Shown here in pieces: positions 1 to 8,814 of a stretch of 24,000 nt of DNA (its first letter is position 1; the number at the start of each line of letters is the position of its first letter). The stretch is taken from sequence record MT234342.1; one strand, written 5' to 3'. The notes below the pieces were generated by a model that was not told the DNA's origin, did no database searches, and worked only from the letters and a program-made list of their open reading frames with translations. The translations under genes were made by a program, and so were the position numbers. This DNA is from Agrobacterium phage OLIVR5.

Positions 1-55
1 AAACTCCGATCCAGCCTTTTTCTTTCATGAATTCTACAATGTCATCGACATTCAT
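1..55 (-). CDS. 5' end of a leftward gene running off the left window edge (MNVDDIVEFMKEKGWIGV...)
   Basis: ATG at 55 on - strand preceded by an AGAGGA-type ribosome-binding sequence, open to the window edge. Confidence 0.55.
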   Translation of the reverse strand, partial: MNVDDIVEFMKEKGWIGV

Positions 56-120
56 CTTATAATCCTCTTCGAGATAGGGAGAGCGTGGTGTTCACTCTCC
101 ATTGTCTTATTGGTTATCGA

Positions 121-1407
121 TCAAGACTTCGTGTTGATCTCATCCTTGTCCCATCGGACCTTGATGAAACGACCATGACGAAGCTTGCCACCTTTTCGAT
201 TGCCTTTGGCATCGATCTTGACTTCGGTCCGTTCCATGAACTCGATCTCGACAATAGAACCAATCATGTCGTCACGATCTTCCCAGAACTTCTTGCGTTG
301 TTCGTCAGTGATACCCATGCCGATGTTGTTGACAATGCCGTCTTCATCGATGACGATCCAGGCACCGAGCATACCTTCATACTTGGAACCAGCGGAACCT
401 TCTTCGTAGCCGATGATTTTGAAGTCACCAGACTCGAGAGGTTTCATTTTGAGCCAATCGTCGGTGCGCTTGAAGTTGTACGTGCCGTCACGCTTCTTGA
501 AGATTAGACCTTCTTCACCTTTTGCTCGTGCATCACGATAAAGAGTGACTGCTTCTTCGTAGGTTTCGCAGAAGAAGTGCTCGAGGATCATGTCTTCCGG
601 GAGACCTACAGCTTCCAGGCGTGCGCGTCGATCTTCATAACCGAGAGTACAGGTTCGAGTCTCAAGTTCTTCGATGGTGACCATATCAAAGATGGAGAAA
701 TCCATCTCTTCTGCACCACCGGATTTCTTCTTGAAAGACGATAGAGAAGCCTGGAAGTTTTTCCGAGCTCGGACTTCACCGTCGAATGCAAAACCAGGAT
801 ATTTCTTGAGCTCGATGGTTACGTCTTCAGAGACGTTGTAGATCGGCAGACCGTTTCGAGAAAGGTAGACGACTTCACCGTCGAGACGAACGATAGCAAT
901 GCATCGAATGCCGTCGAGTTTGAACTGACCATAGCCAGGACCAGGGAAATCTTTAGGACCTTCCAAGTGATTTGCTGTCTGGAGTTCGAAGTACTTGAAT
1001 GAACCAGGATGGACCTTGAGATAGGTCTTGGCGCCGATACCTAGTTTCCAGCGCTTGAACTTGTCAAAAACGCCGTTGACGATGTCGAGCTGCTCTTGAG
1101 TCATCTTGTCAGACTCTGCCTTGAGGACACGACCTTGCTCCTTCTCGAGAAGCTTGAGGACGCGTGGCCAAGGAATGCCAGGACCGTTGACTTTCTTGTA
1201 GATTGTCGATACGCCGAACTTCTGGAAAGAGTCGAGGGTATGGACCAGGATACGCTTGGCATCCTCAGAAAGATTTTCGATGATAGGGTTCTTGTCGTTG
1301 CCTTTCGCATTAGCGATGGCTTCGAATTCTGCTTTCAGGCCGAGAGTAAGATGGTGATTGTAAATCACATCGTCTTTGCCGAAAAGGTCTTGATTGAGTT
1401 CTGTCAT
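121..1407 (-). CDS. lig: ATP-dependent DNA ligase (T4 gp30-like)
   Basis: Nucleotidyltransferase motif I KLDGIR, downstream EGLIFKKRDGTY and WLKMKP motifs; length 428 aa. Confidence 0.92.
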   Translation of the reverse strand: MTELNQDLFGKDDVIYNHHLTLGLKAEFEAIANAKGNDKNPIIENLSEDAKRILVHTLDSFQKFGVSTIYKKVNGPGIPWPRVLKLLEKEQGRVLKAESDKMTQEQLDIVNGVFDKFKRWKLGIGAKTYLKVHPGSFKYFELQTANHLEGPKDFPGPGYGQFKLDGIRCIAIVRLDGEVVYLSRNGLPIYNVSEDVTIELKKYPGFAFDGEVRARKNFQASLSSFKKKSGGAEEMDFSIFDMVTIEELETRTCTLGYEDRRARLEAVGLPEDMILEHFFCETYEEAVTLYRDARAKGEEGLIFKKRDGTYNFKRTDDWLKMKPLESGDFKIIGYEEGSAGSKYEGMLGAWIVIDEDGIVNNIGMGITDEQRKKFWEDRDDMIGSIVEIEFMERTEVKIDAKGNRKGGKLRHGRFIKVRWDKDEINTKS

Positions 1408-1432
1408 TTCTTTTCCTCTTAATTACTGAGTC

Positions 1433-1885
1433 CTACAATACCGAAGACTCAACGACTTGTAAACACTCTTCGTAATTTTTCTTCAATTGAGAAAGCCGCC
1501 AATGGAGATGAGACTCAAACGATTTATGAAAACTTTCCAAATCGTCTCTCCTGATCATGAGGAGGTCTCGATAGGTAATGTCCACGACGCCATCCGCAGT
1601 ATACTTGGCCATCTCCATCAAAGCATGAACGTGATCGAATCCGAAAGGAGTCTCCTCGATTTTAGAATCTGGTCCGTTTATGAGGAGATGACGACAAGAG
1701 GTGTTATAAAGAGTTTTGAAGTTATCGGCAAGAAGCCTTCGGAACTTCTGGTCTATCTCACGGAATTCTTCGAGGATAGGGTTAATCCTGTCCAAGAATG
1801 TTTTCGTCGCGAAGTAATAAGAGTCGAGCCTCTCGGTGATGTACCGAGCGCTAATCTTTATCCTGGCGGATGTTACTTCAGACAT
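1433..1885 (-). CDS. hypothetical phage protein
   Basis: 150-aa ORF from ATG at 1885, collinear with neighbouring leftward genes; the track start is a TTG one codon upstream. Confidence 0.6.
   Translation of the reverse strand: MSEVTSARIKISARYITERLDSYYFATKTFLDRINPILEEFREIDQKFRRLLADNFKTLYNTSCRHLLINGPDSKIEETPFGFDHVHALMEMAKYTADGVVDITYRDLLMIRRDDLESFHKSFESHLHWRLSQLKKNYEECLQVVESSVL
1435..1463 (-). promoter_or_regulatory. putative promoter for ligase gene (TTTACA-N17-TATTGT)
   Basis: Minus-strand GTTTACA -35-like element, exactly 17 nt to TATTGT, about 28 nt before ligase ATG. Confidence 0.65.
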
Positions 1886-2087
1886 CAATCCATCTTTCCA
1901 AGGTGACCTTCAGATTCTCGTCAAGGGAATACTTTCCTTTGCAGAAACCGTTCTGAATTTCATTTCTGACGTCTTCGGATTTGAATCCTCGATCTTTTGC
2001 TAGTTCGAGGATCGTAGCCGTCCGGAGAGAGCCGTGCCGGAGATAATATGCGAGGAATTCAGATGGAGTTTTAGGGAACTCACTCAC
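1878..2087 (-). CDS. hypothetical small protein
   Basis: 69-aa ORF, overlaps neighbours by a few nt as is typical for phage. Confidence 0.55.
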   Translation of the reverse strand: MSEFPKTPSEFLAYYLRHGSLRTATILELAKDRGFKSEDVRNEIQNGFCKGKYSLDENLKVTLERWIDV

Positions 2088-2382
2088 TCTTTTGATCCTC
2101 GATAGCTTTCGCGATCTTCTGAGCGAGACGAACGAGGTAAGCTCCGGTCAGGAGTTCGACAAGCTCTCCGTCGAAAAGATCAGGAACATCATAGTTCTTC
2201 TTGACCATTTCTTCTACGGAGATTTCCGTGCCTAGCTTAGTGCTTTCAGAACCCTTTTTGAAAGAAATTTCTTCTCGGAGGACTGCTCCGATAATGTTTT
2301 CGATTTCGGACTTCTGTTCGAAGATGATGTCGCGAGCTTCACGACGATAACCGTTGAGAAGATTTGTAAGAGCGTCACTCAT
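2080..2382 (-). CDS. hypothetical protein (MSDALTNLLNGYRREARD...)
   Basis: ORF in tight array; ATG at 2382 is preferred over the longer track start because it overlaps the upstream gene end slightly. Confidence 0.6.
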   Translation of the reverse strand: MSDALTNLLNGYRREARDIIFEQKSEIENIIGAVLREEISFKKGSESTKLGTEISVEEMVKKNYDVPDLFDGELVELLTGAYLVRLAQKIAKAIEDQKSE

Positions 2383-2695
2383 GATTAGACTCCTTAACGA
2401 TTGATTGGGTGATCTTCCAGTTGGCCTTCTCCATTTCGAAATAGTAGAAAGCGTTGTGGATGGTGTCCGCAAGACCTGGATAAGAACGATAAAGACCGAA
2501 AGCGTCCTTATCCTTTCTTCCGATCAAGATAGACGAGTCACTGAAAATGGTGATGTCGATCTCTTCACGACCTTCGGCGGATACCGATACGGCGATTGTC
2601 TCGTTCTTGATATTCTTCGAAGTGGCGATGAGAGCATCGTAAAGATCGTCTGCGCTCATTTCTACTTCGAGAGGGAGGAATTGGATTTCGGTCAT
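2375..2695 (-). CDS. hypothetical protein
   Basis: 106-aa ORF in tight leftward array. Confidence 0.6.
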   Translation of the reverse strand: MTEIQFLPLEVEMSADDLYDALIATSKNIKNETIAVSVSAEGREEIDITIFSDSSILIGRKDKDAFGLYRSYPGLADTIHNAFYYFEMEKANWKITQSIVKESNHE

Positions 2696-2697
2696 GA

Positions 2698-2841
2698 TTA
2701 ACCTACGTAATGAGAGTAAAAGATGAAGAGGTGATCTGCGACGATACCTGCGAGAGGAGTAGTCAGAGCACCGACGAGGAGAATTGCAGGAATGGAGAGA
2801 AACATTGCGATTTCTTTCTTGAGAGAGTTGGTCGTTTTCAT
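2698..2841 (-). CDS. small membrane protein, 47 aa (MKTTNSLKKEIAMFLSIPAILLVGALTTPLAGIVADHLFILYSHYVG)
   Basis: Hand-translated; below track length cutoff; single hydrophobic segment; directly downstream of a promoter-like sequence and abutting the next gene. Confidence 0.6.
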   Translation of the reverse strand: MKTTNSLKKEIAMFLSIPAILLVGALTTPLAGIVADHLFIFYSHYVG

Positions 2842-2849
2842 TTCGAATT

Positions 2850-2896
2850 TCTCCGTGATGGTTTATGTTGAGATTAGACTTAAACCATCACGGAGA
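2850..2896. repeat. 16-bp perfect inverted repeat (TCTCCGTGATGGTTTA / TAAACCATCACGGAGA), 15-nt loop
   Basis: Left arm 2850-2865, right arm 2881-2896, read directly. Confidence 0.9.
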
Positions 2897-2905
2897 GCTT
2901 GTAAA
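2877..2905 (-). promoter_or_regulatory. putative promoter (TTTACA-N17-TAAGTC)
   Basis: GTTTACA element with 17-nt spacer; -10 overlaps inner edge of the 16-bp inverted repeat. Confidence 0.5.
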
Positions 2906-2915
2906 CAGCTAAATT

Positions 2916-3317
2916 CTATTCTTTGTTTTGACCTTCAACTTTTCGTTTGATGCGGTCTGCCGTTCGAGAATGAAGATGGAAAAGAGCCTTATAGACGTGC
3001 GAGAGCGCCAGACCATTTTCTTCACAGGCAAATGGACCACTCTGGAAAGATGCCAATCGGTCAGCTACGATGGCCAGGAGAGTTTCCTGAGTAATGCCAT
3101 TGACTTCAGCTTCTAGGACAGGACCGTTCTGGAAAAGGATGACCTGCTTCGAGAACGAATGACGATATCCGTCAGGACCTTCTACAGAAGGGTTCTCTGC
3201 TGTGTCAAAGCCGGTAATCTCGTACCGATGATTTGCACCACCTGCACCAGGCTTGTCAGTCACTTCGATTTTGATAGGTTCATCGACAATAACGGAATGG
3301 TTATAAATTTCTCTCAT
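2916..3317 (-). CDS. hypothetical protein
   Basis: 133-aa ORF in leftward array. Confidence 0.6.
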   Translation of the reverse strand: MREIYNHSVIVDEPIKIEVTDKPGAGGANHRYEITGFDTAENPSVEGPDGYRHSFSKQVILFQNGPVLEAEVNGITQETLLAIVADRLASFQSGPFACEENGLALSHVYKALFHLHSRTADRIKRKVEGQNKE

Positions 3318-3326
3318 TTCTTTCTC

Positions 3327-3686
3327 CTAATAGATTTCGTCGCAAAGATTAGATAGGAATTTGACCTCGTTTTTATGAGTTGCGAATTTAGATTTAGCTA
3401 CAGCGTAATTGATTGCAGCGTCGAGGTCTGTGTAGAAATCCACTACTCCGTCATAACGAATCTTTATCTTGTATTCTCCGTCTGATCCTGACGACTTAGT
3501 GAAAGTCAGAGACTCGTCGAACGGATCGTGAATTATCGTGAAATAAGTCCATCCTTCGAGACGAACTTTGAATTCACGAGTCATCTCCTTGGAAGCCTTC
3601 ACCTCTTCCATTTTCTGTTCGGCGACGAACTTCAAGATGTAATCCTTGAGGCGTCCGGAATTGTATAGGCTGTATTCTCTGTCCAT
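3327..3686 (-). CDS. hypothetical protein (MDREYSLYNSGRLKDYILKFV...)
   Basis: ATG at 3686 ends just before the 46-like gene stop; the longer track start would overlap that gene. Confidence 0.6.
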   Translation of the reverse strand: MDREYSLYNSGRLKDYILKFVAEQKMEEVKASKEMTREFKVRLEGWTYFTIIHDPFDESLTFTKSSGSDGEYKIKIRYDGVVDFYTDLDAAINYAVAKSKFATHKNEVKFLSNLCDEIY

Positions 3687-3688
3687 GT

Positions 3689-5338
3689 TCACTCCTTGAT
3701 TTCGACAACGGCGAAGTTTGACACTGTCTTGATTTTGATCTTCCGATCGAATTCGCCAACGAGTTCTCGAGGACCAATACAGATCGTGTTTGTATCTTCC
3801 AGTTCGAGAAGGCACTTCGAAACGGCTTCAACGCCTTCATCATCTAGACGAGAACCGAACTCATCAATGATCAGAAGGTTGGTGTCGACGCTGGAGAGCT
3901 TCTTCGAGATGTCTCGCCATGTCATCATAATGGCAAAATTAATGCGTGCCTGCTGGCCTGCAGAGAACGACTCGTACGTGAAGCTCTGACGGAAACGCGA
4001 CCGAACACTTTCCTTGAAGGACGGATCGAGTTCGAGGAGGATAGGAAGACCGAGCTTCTCGAGGTACTCATTGACTCGGAGATTGAAGAATGGGATGTAT
4101 TCGGAAATCAGAGGAGCCTTGGCGACACCGGATTTCAAGACGCGATCAATGTCGAGAAGGTCAGCGTAGACTTCATCAATATCTTCCTTCTCACCCAGGA
4201 GCTTCACATATTCTTCATTGACTTCTTCGATCTGAGCGTCAATGGTGTCAGAAGGTTTCTTCCGATCCATCTCCTGGAGTTCGAGCTTCAGACCTTCGAG
4301 TTTCTCAGAAGCATTCTTGAAATTGTTGATGATAGCCTGTGCTTCGTCTCGAGCAGAAATGAGAGTTTCCTTTTCTGCTTCCATATTGATCTCGGAACGC
4401 TTGGCTTCGAGCTCTCGGATTGCTGTCTCTCTTTCTGCTTCGTGATGGCCATGATCATTTCCTTCTGGTAAGGTCTGGCCACATGAAGAGCAGACTCCTT
4501 CGGTCTTTGACTTTGAAGCCAGAGAATATAGGAGTGAAATTCTTTCGTCGATCGAAGCCGCATCTCTCGATTTTGCGTCATATCCTGCACGCTTTCCTTC
4601 GTAATCAGTTTTGGCTTTCTCTGCCTTCTCCTTGAGACCTTCGACGACCTTCTCGCCTTTTTCGAGACGAGCTTTCATTGTCTCTACTTCAGCTTGGTCG
4701 TAGCCTTCGGTTTGGTCTTTCCGGATGCCGATGAGACGATCGAGCATGTCCTTCTTCGATCGGAGTTCGATTTCCTTCTCTGCTACCTTCGGCTTAATCG
4801 ACTTGATCTCTTCCTTCGTTTCACGATGGATTTCATTGAAGACGCCAATGTTCAGCATCTTCTCTACGAAGTCTTTTCGAGTAGGTCCGTCCATCTGCAT
4901 GAAGGGAACAGCAGACTCGGAAATCAGAACCTGGTTTTCGATCGTCCTCTTGTCGACATTCAAGAACTTCTCAAGAGCCTTCTGACGATCTAGACGCTTC
5001 AGATCATCCCACATGGAGACGCCATTCACGAAGACATTGAACACGTCAGGATTGATCGATCGGACGATCTCCACTTTGTCCTGGTTCGACATGAATACAG
5101 TCTTCGTATTGCAGTCTTTCATGTTGATCGAGTTGACGATCTGATCCTTCTTGAGGTCGCGGTAAGTTTCACCGAAGAGACCGAAGAAGATTGCGTCGAT
5201 GGTCAGGGCAGTTTTGCCCGAACCATTTTCTGCAGTGACCGAAGTGAGTTTGTGCTGGTCCAGAACGAGTTCCGTCCTCTGGTTTCCGAACGGAAGAAAG
5301 TTTTTGATCTCGCTCGAGATATACGTCAGCTTCGCCAT
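3689..5338 (-). CDS. 46: Recombination endonuclease subunit, Rad50/SbcC-like ATPase (T4 gp46-like)
   Basis: Walker A ENGSGKT, CSSCGQTL zinc hook flanked by coiled coils, ABC signature-like YESFSAGQQARINFA, Walker B-like NLLIIDEFGSRLD; adjacent to gp47-like gene. Confidence 0.92.
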   Translation of the reverse strand: MAKLTYISSEIKNFLPFGNQRTELVLDQHKLTSVTAENGSGKTALTIDAIFFGLFGETYRDLKKDQIVNSINMKDCNTKTVFMSNQDKVEIVRSINPDVFNVFVNGVSMWDDLKRLDRQKALEKFLNVDKRTIENQVLISESAVPFMQMDGPTRKDFVEKMLNIGVFNEIHRETKEEIKSIKPKVAEKEIELRSKKDMLDRLIGIRKDQTEGYDQAEVETMKARLEKGEKVVEGLKEKAEKAKTDYEGKRAGYDAKSRDAASIDERISLLYSLASKSKTEGVCSSCGQTLPEGNDHGHHEAERETAIRELEAKRSEINMEAEKETLISARDEAQAIINNFKNASEKLEGLKLELQEMDRKKPSDTIDAQIEEVNEEYVKLLGEKEDIDEVYADLLDIDRVLKSGVAKAPLISEYIPFFNLRVNEYLEKLGLPILLELDPSFKESVRSRFRQSFTYESFSAGQQARINFAIMMTWRDISKKLSSVDTNLLIIDEFGSRLDDEGVEAVSKCLLELEDTNTICIGPRELVGEFDRKIKIKTVSNFAVVEIKE

Positions 5339-5341
5339 GTC

Positions 5342-6277
5342 TTATCGAATCCTTCCAACAATTTTCTCCAGGACAGTCTTAGCTCCTGGTCGCTTGAGTT
5401 CATCACATATCAAAGTCACGACGTCATGTGAACTGCTTTTTAGTGGTTCCTGAGAAAATTCGATGACTTCCGTGAGCTGAAGATCGTTGAGACCAACGGT
5501 TTCCAGGATAGCGACGAGTTTCTGATAGAGAGTCTTGTCCGTCAACTCATCGACCTTGATCTCGAGGTTTGCACCAGCGAGTTTCGATTTGTTGTTCATG
5601 ACCCACTTGACTGGGTTCAGACCTTCGATCTTTCCTTCGATGAGTTCGACACGACGGAAAGTCTGGTTAGGATTGTTGACGAATTCGGTCTTTCCTTCGT
5701 CGTAGAGAAGGAAGCCTGTGTTGTCATTCACCTGACCCCAATCGAGCTGAGACAGGGTTCCGACGAACTTGTCAGACCGATGATGAATATGGCCTGAGAA
5801 TACATTAGCTCCATGCGATTCAGGAGGGTTGTCAGAATGGCAGATAATCACGTCAACGTCTTCGACTTCACCTTCAAGATCGTGCTCTTTCCCGTAAGGA
5901 ACGAATAAAACCTTCTCGTCCTCGATTTGCCATTCGGTGATGTCACCAAAAGTAATGACGTTCTCGCTCGTGTCAGCAATATCAAACAGGGAAAGGCGCA
6001 TGTCCTTTGTCGAAGGAACATCATGATTACCATGAGCTACGAAAAGACGGATATGGTTCTTCTCCAGTGAACCAAGGACATGCTTCCAGAGACGAGTCGT
6101 CTCGAAGTTGATGTAACGCTTGGTGTCGAAGAGGTCGCCACAATGGAGAATGTTCTTGATCTCATTCTCCTTCATGTACTTAATCATCCAGTCAAAGGCC
6201 TTAATAAAGTCCTTTCCAAGATCAACCTTTCCTGCGCCTTTCCCTAGGTGCCAGTCACCCGTCACAACAGCCTTCAT
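5342..6277 (-). CDS. 47: Recombination endonuclease subunit, Mre11/SbcD-like phosphoesterase (T4 gp47-like)
   Basis: Metallophosphoesterase motifs GDWHLG, HCGDLFD, HGNHD, HSDN, GHIHH. Confidence 0.93.
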   Translation of the reverse strand: MKAVVTGDWHLGKGAGKVDLGKDFIKAFDWMIKYMKENEIKNILHCGDLFDTKRYINFETTRLWKHVLGSLEKNHIRLFVAHGNHDVPSTKDMRLSLFDIADTSENVITFGDITEWQIEDEKVLFVPYGKEHDLEGEVEDVDVIICHSDNPPESHGANVFSGHIHHRSDKFVGTLSQLDWGQVNDNTGFLLYDEGKTEFVNNPNQTFRRVELIEGKIEGLNPVKWVMNNKSKLAGANLEIKVDELTDKTLYQKLVAILETVGLNDLQLTEVIEFSQEPLKSSSHDVVTLICDELKRPGAKTVLEKIVGRIR

Positions 6278-7032
6278 CGTTCGATTTCCCTTTCCGCAGT
6301 TTCTACGACTTCGTCTTTCACATCGCGATAGGACCTGGCTTCCTTCGAATTCATTTCGGCGAAGTGTGCCTGCTCCTTGTTATAGTCATCGACGATCTTC
6401 CGAAGTTCCTTCAGAGCAGTGTTGTGGTTCTGGTCATGGACAACGTTTCCGATTGTGACCTGACCGTTCGCGAGACCTTCGAGGAAAGAGTTCTTCTCGG
6501 AGAGGGTTCGCTTCTCAGCGGTGAAGTAATTGAGGAAACCCCAGTAGCAAAGCTGCGTGATCAGAGAGAAGCAGTTCTTCGTTTTCGATTTCGCCGGGTC
6601 ATAAATCCTGGCAAGATTTTCGAAAGCCAGTAGAACACCACAGCGAGTCATTTCTTCTACGTCCGTTGCTGCAGAGAATTTCCGTGCATAACCGGAAGCG
6701 ATCCGTTCGATGGCTTCGCCGACAGCATCCGGAAGTGGAGGAATCTTCTCTTCAGGAATATCGACCGGAGGAAGTTCTGCTTCAGGCACACCCTGCTTCA
6801 CGAGCTCTTCGCGATGTTCGTTGTATGCCTGGATGATAGACTTGCGCTTCTCATGGTGAGCATTGAGGATTTCAGTGACTCGTCGACCGTCGACGTAATT
6901 TCCAGACTTTACTCTGGGAGACCTCTTCTTGGGAGTGATCAAAACATGTCCTTTCGTAGGAGTACGGATGAGGCTGGATGCGATGAAGGATTTCCGTGAT
7001 AGATTATCACTGTTTTGTTTCATCGCATCCAT
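6274..7032 (-). CDS. 55: gp55-like late-transcription sigma factor
   Basis: Region AIERIASGYARKF...GVLLAFENLARIYDPAKSKTKNCFSLITQLCYWGFLNYFTAEKR resembles T4 gp55 sigma region 2 ([34 protein letters not shown], recalled); next to gp47-like gene. Confidence 0.75.
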   Translation of the reverse strand: MDAMKQNSDNLSRKSFIASSLIRTPTKGHVLITPKKRSPRVKSGNYVDGRRVTEILNAHHEKRKSIIQAYNEHREELVKQGVPEAELPPVDIPEEKIPPLPDAVGEAIERIASGYARKFSAATDVEEMTRCGVLLAFENLARIYDPAKSKTKNCFSLITQLCYWGFLNYFTAEKRTLSEKNSFLEGLANGQVTIGNVVHDQNHNTALKELRKIVDDYNKEQAHFAEMNSKEARSYRDVKDEVVETAEREIER

Positions 7033-7037
7033 GCGGG

Positions 7038-8369
7038 TTAAAACTTGATGGCGTCCAGGTCTTTGATCCAGACGTTCTTGAGCTCAGTTTCAGACTCGGA
7101 AATCTGAATGTAGCTATTCAGCTCTTCGATCTTGGATTCGTGTTCATTTCGAGTCTTGCCGATTTCTTCAACGGTCCATCGGTAGGACGGAAGACCTGCA
7201 AGACGAGAGCAATCCTCGGTGGAAACTTTCACTTTCGAATTGATGTAATCTATCACATCGTTTCGAGATTTGAAACCAGAAAGTTTCTTCGAGAACCCAG
7301 AGTCGGACAGGACGATAATGGCTTCCAGGAAGCTGATTTCCTTTTCGACCTTCTCGATCATCTTCTCGTATCGCTTCTTGAGAAGAGGGAAACGCCATTC
7401 GACCCAAGCTTCGATGAGCTCTTCGGTGTTGTTGAAGACCCGGATTTTCGTGCCGCAGAAGTCAACGACGACCAGTCGCTGAGTGATCCGTTCGGAAATC
7501 TTGAAAAGCTTCACGAGGTCTTCTTCGGTCATGCCGGCAAGATCATTACGACTCATCTTCACGACGATGCGAATGTCGCCGGCAGTATGATTCTCGTACG
7601 ACGTGATCTTCTTGGCTTCTTCAAGCTTGTCGAGATGCTCCTGGACCTTTTCGACGGAGACGTTAGGAGGAAGAGAAGTGATTTCCACTGTCGATGTGTT
7701 CTTGATCTCCACAGTACCTGAAAGGATATAGGAGTCTGCATCGGTTCGGCCGTTGTCGATCTCTTCGATCTTAATCTTCTCGAAAGGAAGATACTTCGGC
7801 ATCAACTTCTTCGTTTTCTTCCCGGTGAGAACTGCTTTCGTAGCCTTGATGAGTTCCTTCGGATCATGAGGAAGGATTTCTGTAGACCATCCAACCGCGA
7901 CACCAGAAACACCATTCAGAAGAACGGTTGGAAAGAGCGGAAGGAATTCCTTGCACATCTCTGCGTCACCGTCGACAGATGGAACCATTTCCCAGAGTTC
8001 CTTGTCTGCCAGGATCACGTTGTCCATGAACTTGGAACGCTCGGCATAGATATATCGACCTGCACCAAATGCGTTCTTGTCGAGGAGAGAACCGAAGTTT
8101 CCATCGCCGTCGAGAATCGGAACGTTATTGACGAATGGACCTGCTAGACCAGAGATGAGACCATCAGCAGAACCATGAAGGAAGAGGTTCGACTCGACCA
8201 TGGCGCCGGAGATTGCTGCGACCTTCGTCTTCGAACGATTTCTCATAATCCAAAGAGCGATACGTTGACCGTCCTTGAGACCGTCCGTGACCTTCGGAAT
8301 TGCTCGTTCAGTGGCAACCATGAGAGAATAAGTTTTAGCGGCTTTCGCTAGGAATTCTGCGGTATTCAT
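7038..8369 (-). CDS. 52: DNA topoisomerase II medium subunit (T4 gp52-like, GyrA/ParC-type)
   Basis: ERAIPKVTDGLKDGQRIALWIM, DGDGNFGSLLDKNAFGAGRYIYAERS; ATG at 8369 has AAGGA at good spacing (8375 is an alternative). Confidence 0.92.
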   Translation of the reverse strand: MNTAEFLAKAAKTYSLMVATERAIPKVTDGLKDGQRIALWIMRNRSKTKVAAISGAMVESNLFLHGSADGLISGLAGPFVNNVPILDGDGNFGSLLDKNAFGAGRYIYAERSKFMDNVILADKELWEMVPSVDGDAEMCKEFLPLFPTVLLNGVSGVAVGWSTEILPHDPKELIKATKAVLTGKKTKKLMPKYLPFEKIKIEEIDNGRTDADSYILSGTVEIKNTSTVEITSLPPNVSVEKVQEHLDKLEEAKKITSYENHTAGDIRIVVKMSRNDLAGMTEEDLVKLFKISERITQRLVVVDFCGTKIRVFNNTEELIEAWVEWRFPLLKKRYEKMIEKVEKEISFLEAIIVLSDSGFSKKLSGFKSRNDVIDYINSKVKVSTEDCSRLAGLPSYRWTVEEIGKTRNEHESKIEELNSYIQISESETELKNVWIKDLDAIKF

Positions 8370-8386
8370 TTTCATCCTTAAACTAG

Positions 8387-8421
8387 TTTGGTCCTGTGAC
8401 AGTTCATATCACAGGACCAAA
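8387..8421. repeat. 13-bp perfect inverted repeat (TTTGGTCCTGTGA / TCACAGGACCAAA), 9-nt loop
   Basis: Arms 8387-8399 and 8409-8421; loop contains the -10-like element of the gene 52 promoter. Confidence 0.9.
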
Positions 8422-8431
8422 TGATTGTAAA
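8403..8431 (-). promoter_or_regulatory. putative promoter for gene 52 (TTTACA-N17-TATGAA)
   Basis: GTTTACA, 17-nt spacer, TATGAA upstream of 52 start. Confidence 0.6.
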
Positions 8432-8433
8432 CA

Positions 8434-8814
8434 TCAAAATTGGATCGGGTTCGCAATATCCGAAGGAACCCACTTGATGGCGATCCATCCGCGAGTAGGG
8501 GCATGGACGAAACCGTCTCGGTCCGTCACTCGATGTCCACCGCTGTCCGAGATGTAAAGCGTCACCGGCTGGACGATCGTGTATTCTTTCCCATCAGGAT
8601 AGACGTATGTCCGTTTGATCTCCGAGGAAATAGACCTGTATTGAAATCCTACTGGAGGATTAGTTCGTTCGTGTTTTTCGAGAGCTTCTTCCAAGATGTC
8701 TCCTATGACGTCGAGTCTGATCCGAAGTGCGGTTTCGCCATTGCATTGGCATACAGGATTGCAGCCGCACGAGTATGATTTGATTTGTTCGATGGCTTGA
8801 GCGAGGACGTTCAT
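8434..8814 (-). CDS. hypothetical protein
   Basis: 126 aa from ATG at 8814, ATGA overlap with upstream stop. Confidence 0.6.
   Translation of the reverse strand: MNVLAQAIEQIKSYSCGCNPVCQCNGETALRIRLDVIGDILEEALEKHERTNPPVGFQYRSISSEIKRTYVYPDGKEYTIVQPVTLYISDSGGHRVTDRDGFVHAPTRGWIAIKWVPSDIANPIQF

Noticed and set aside
78-100. Imperfect 8-bp inverted repeat GGAGAGCG/CACTCTCC after the ligase stop
   Set aside because: Possible terminator, but short, with a wobble pair and no U-tract; not strong enough to call.
85-507. + strand ORF of 140 aa
   Set aside because: Lies entirely antisense to, or overlapping, the well-supported ligase gene; no recognisable motifs. Long antisense ORFs are common in this window because of codon usage.
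6996-7721. + strand ORF of 241 aa
   Set aside because: Antisense to the gp52-like gene with convincing motifs; composition looks like a codon-bias shadow.
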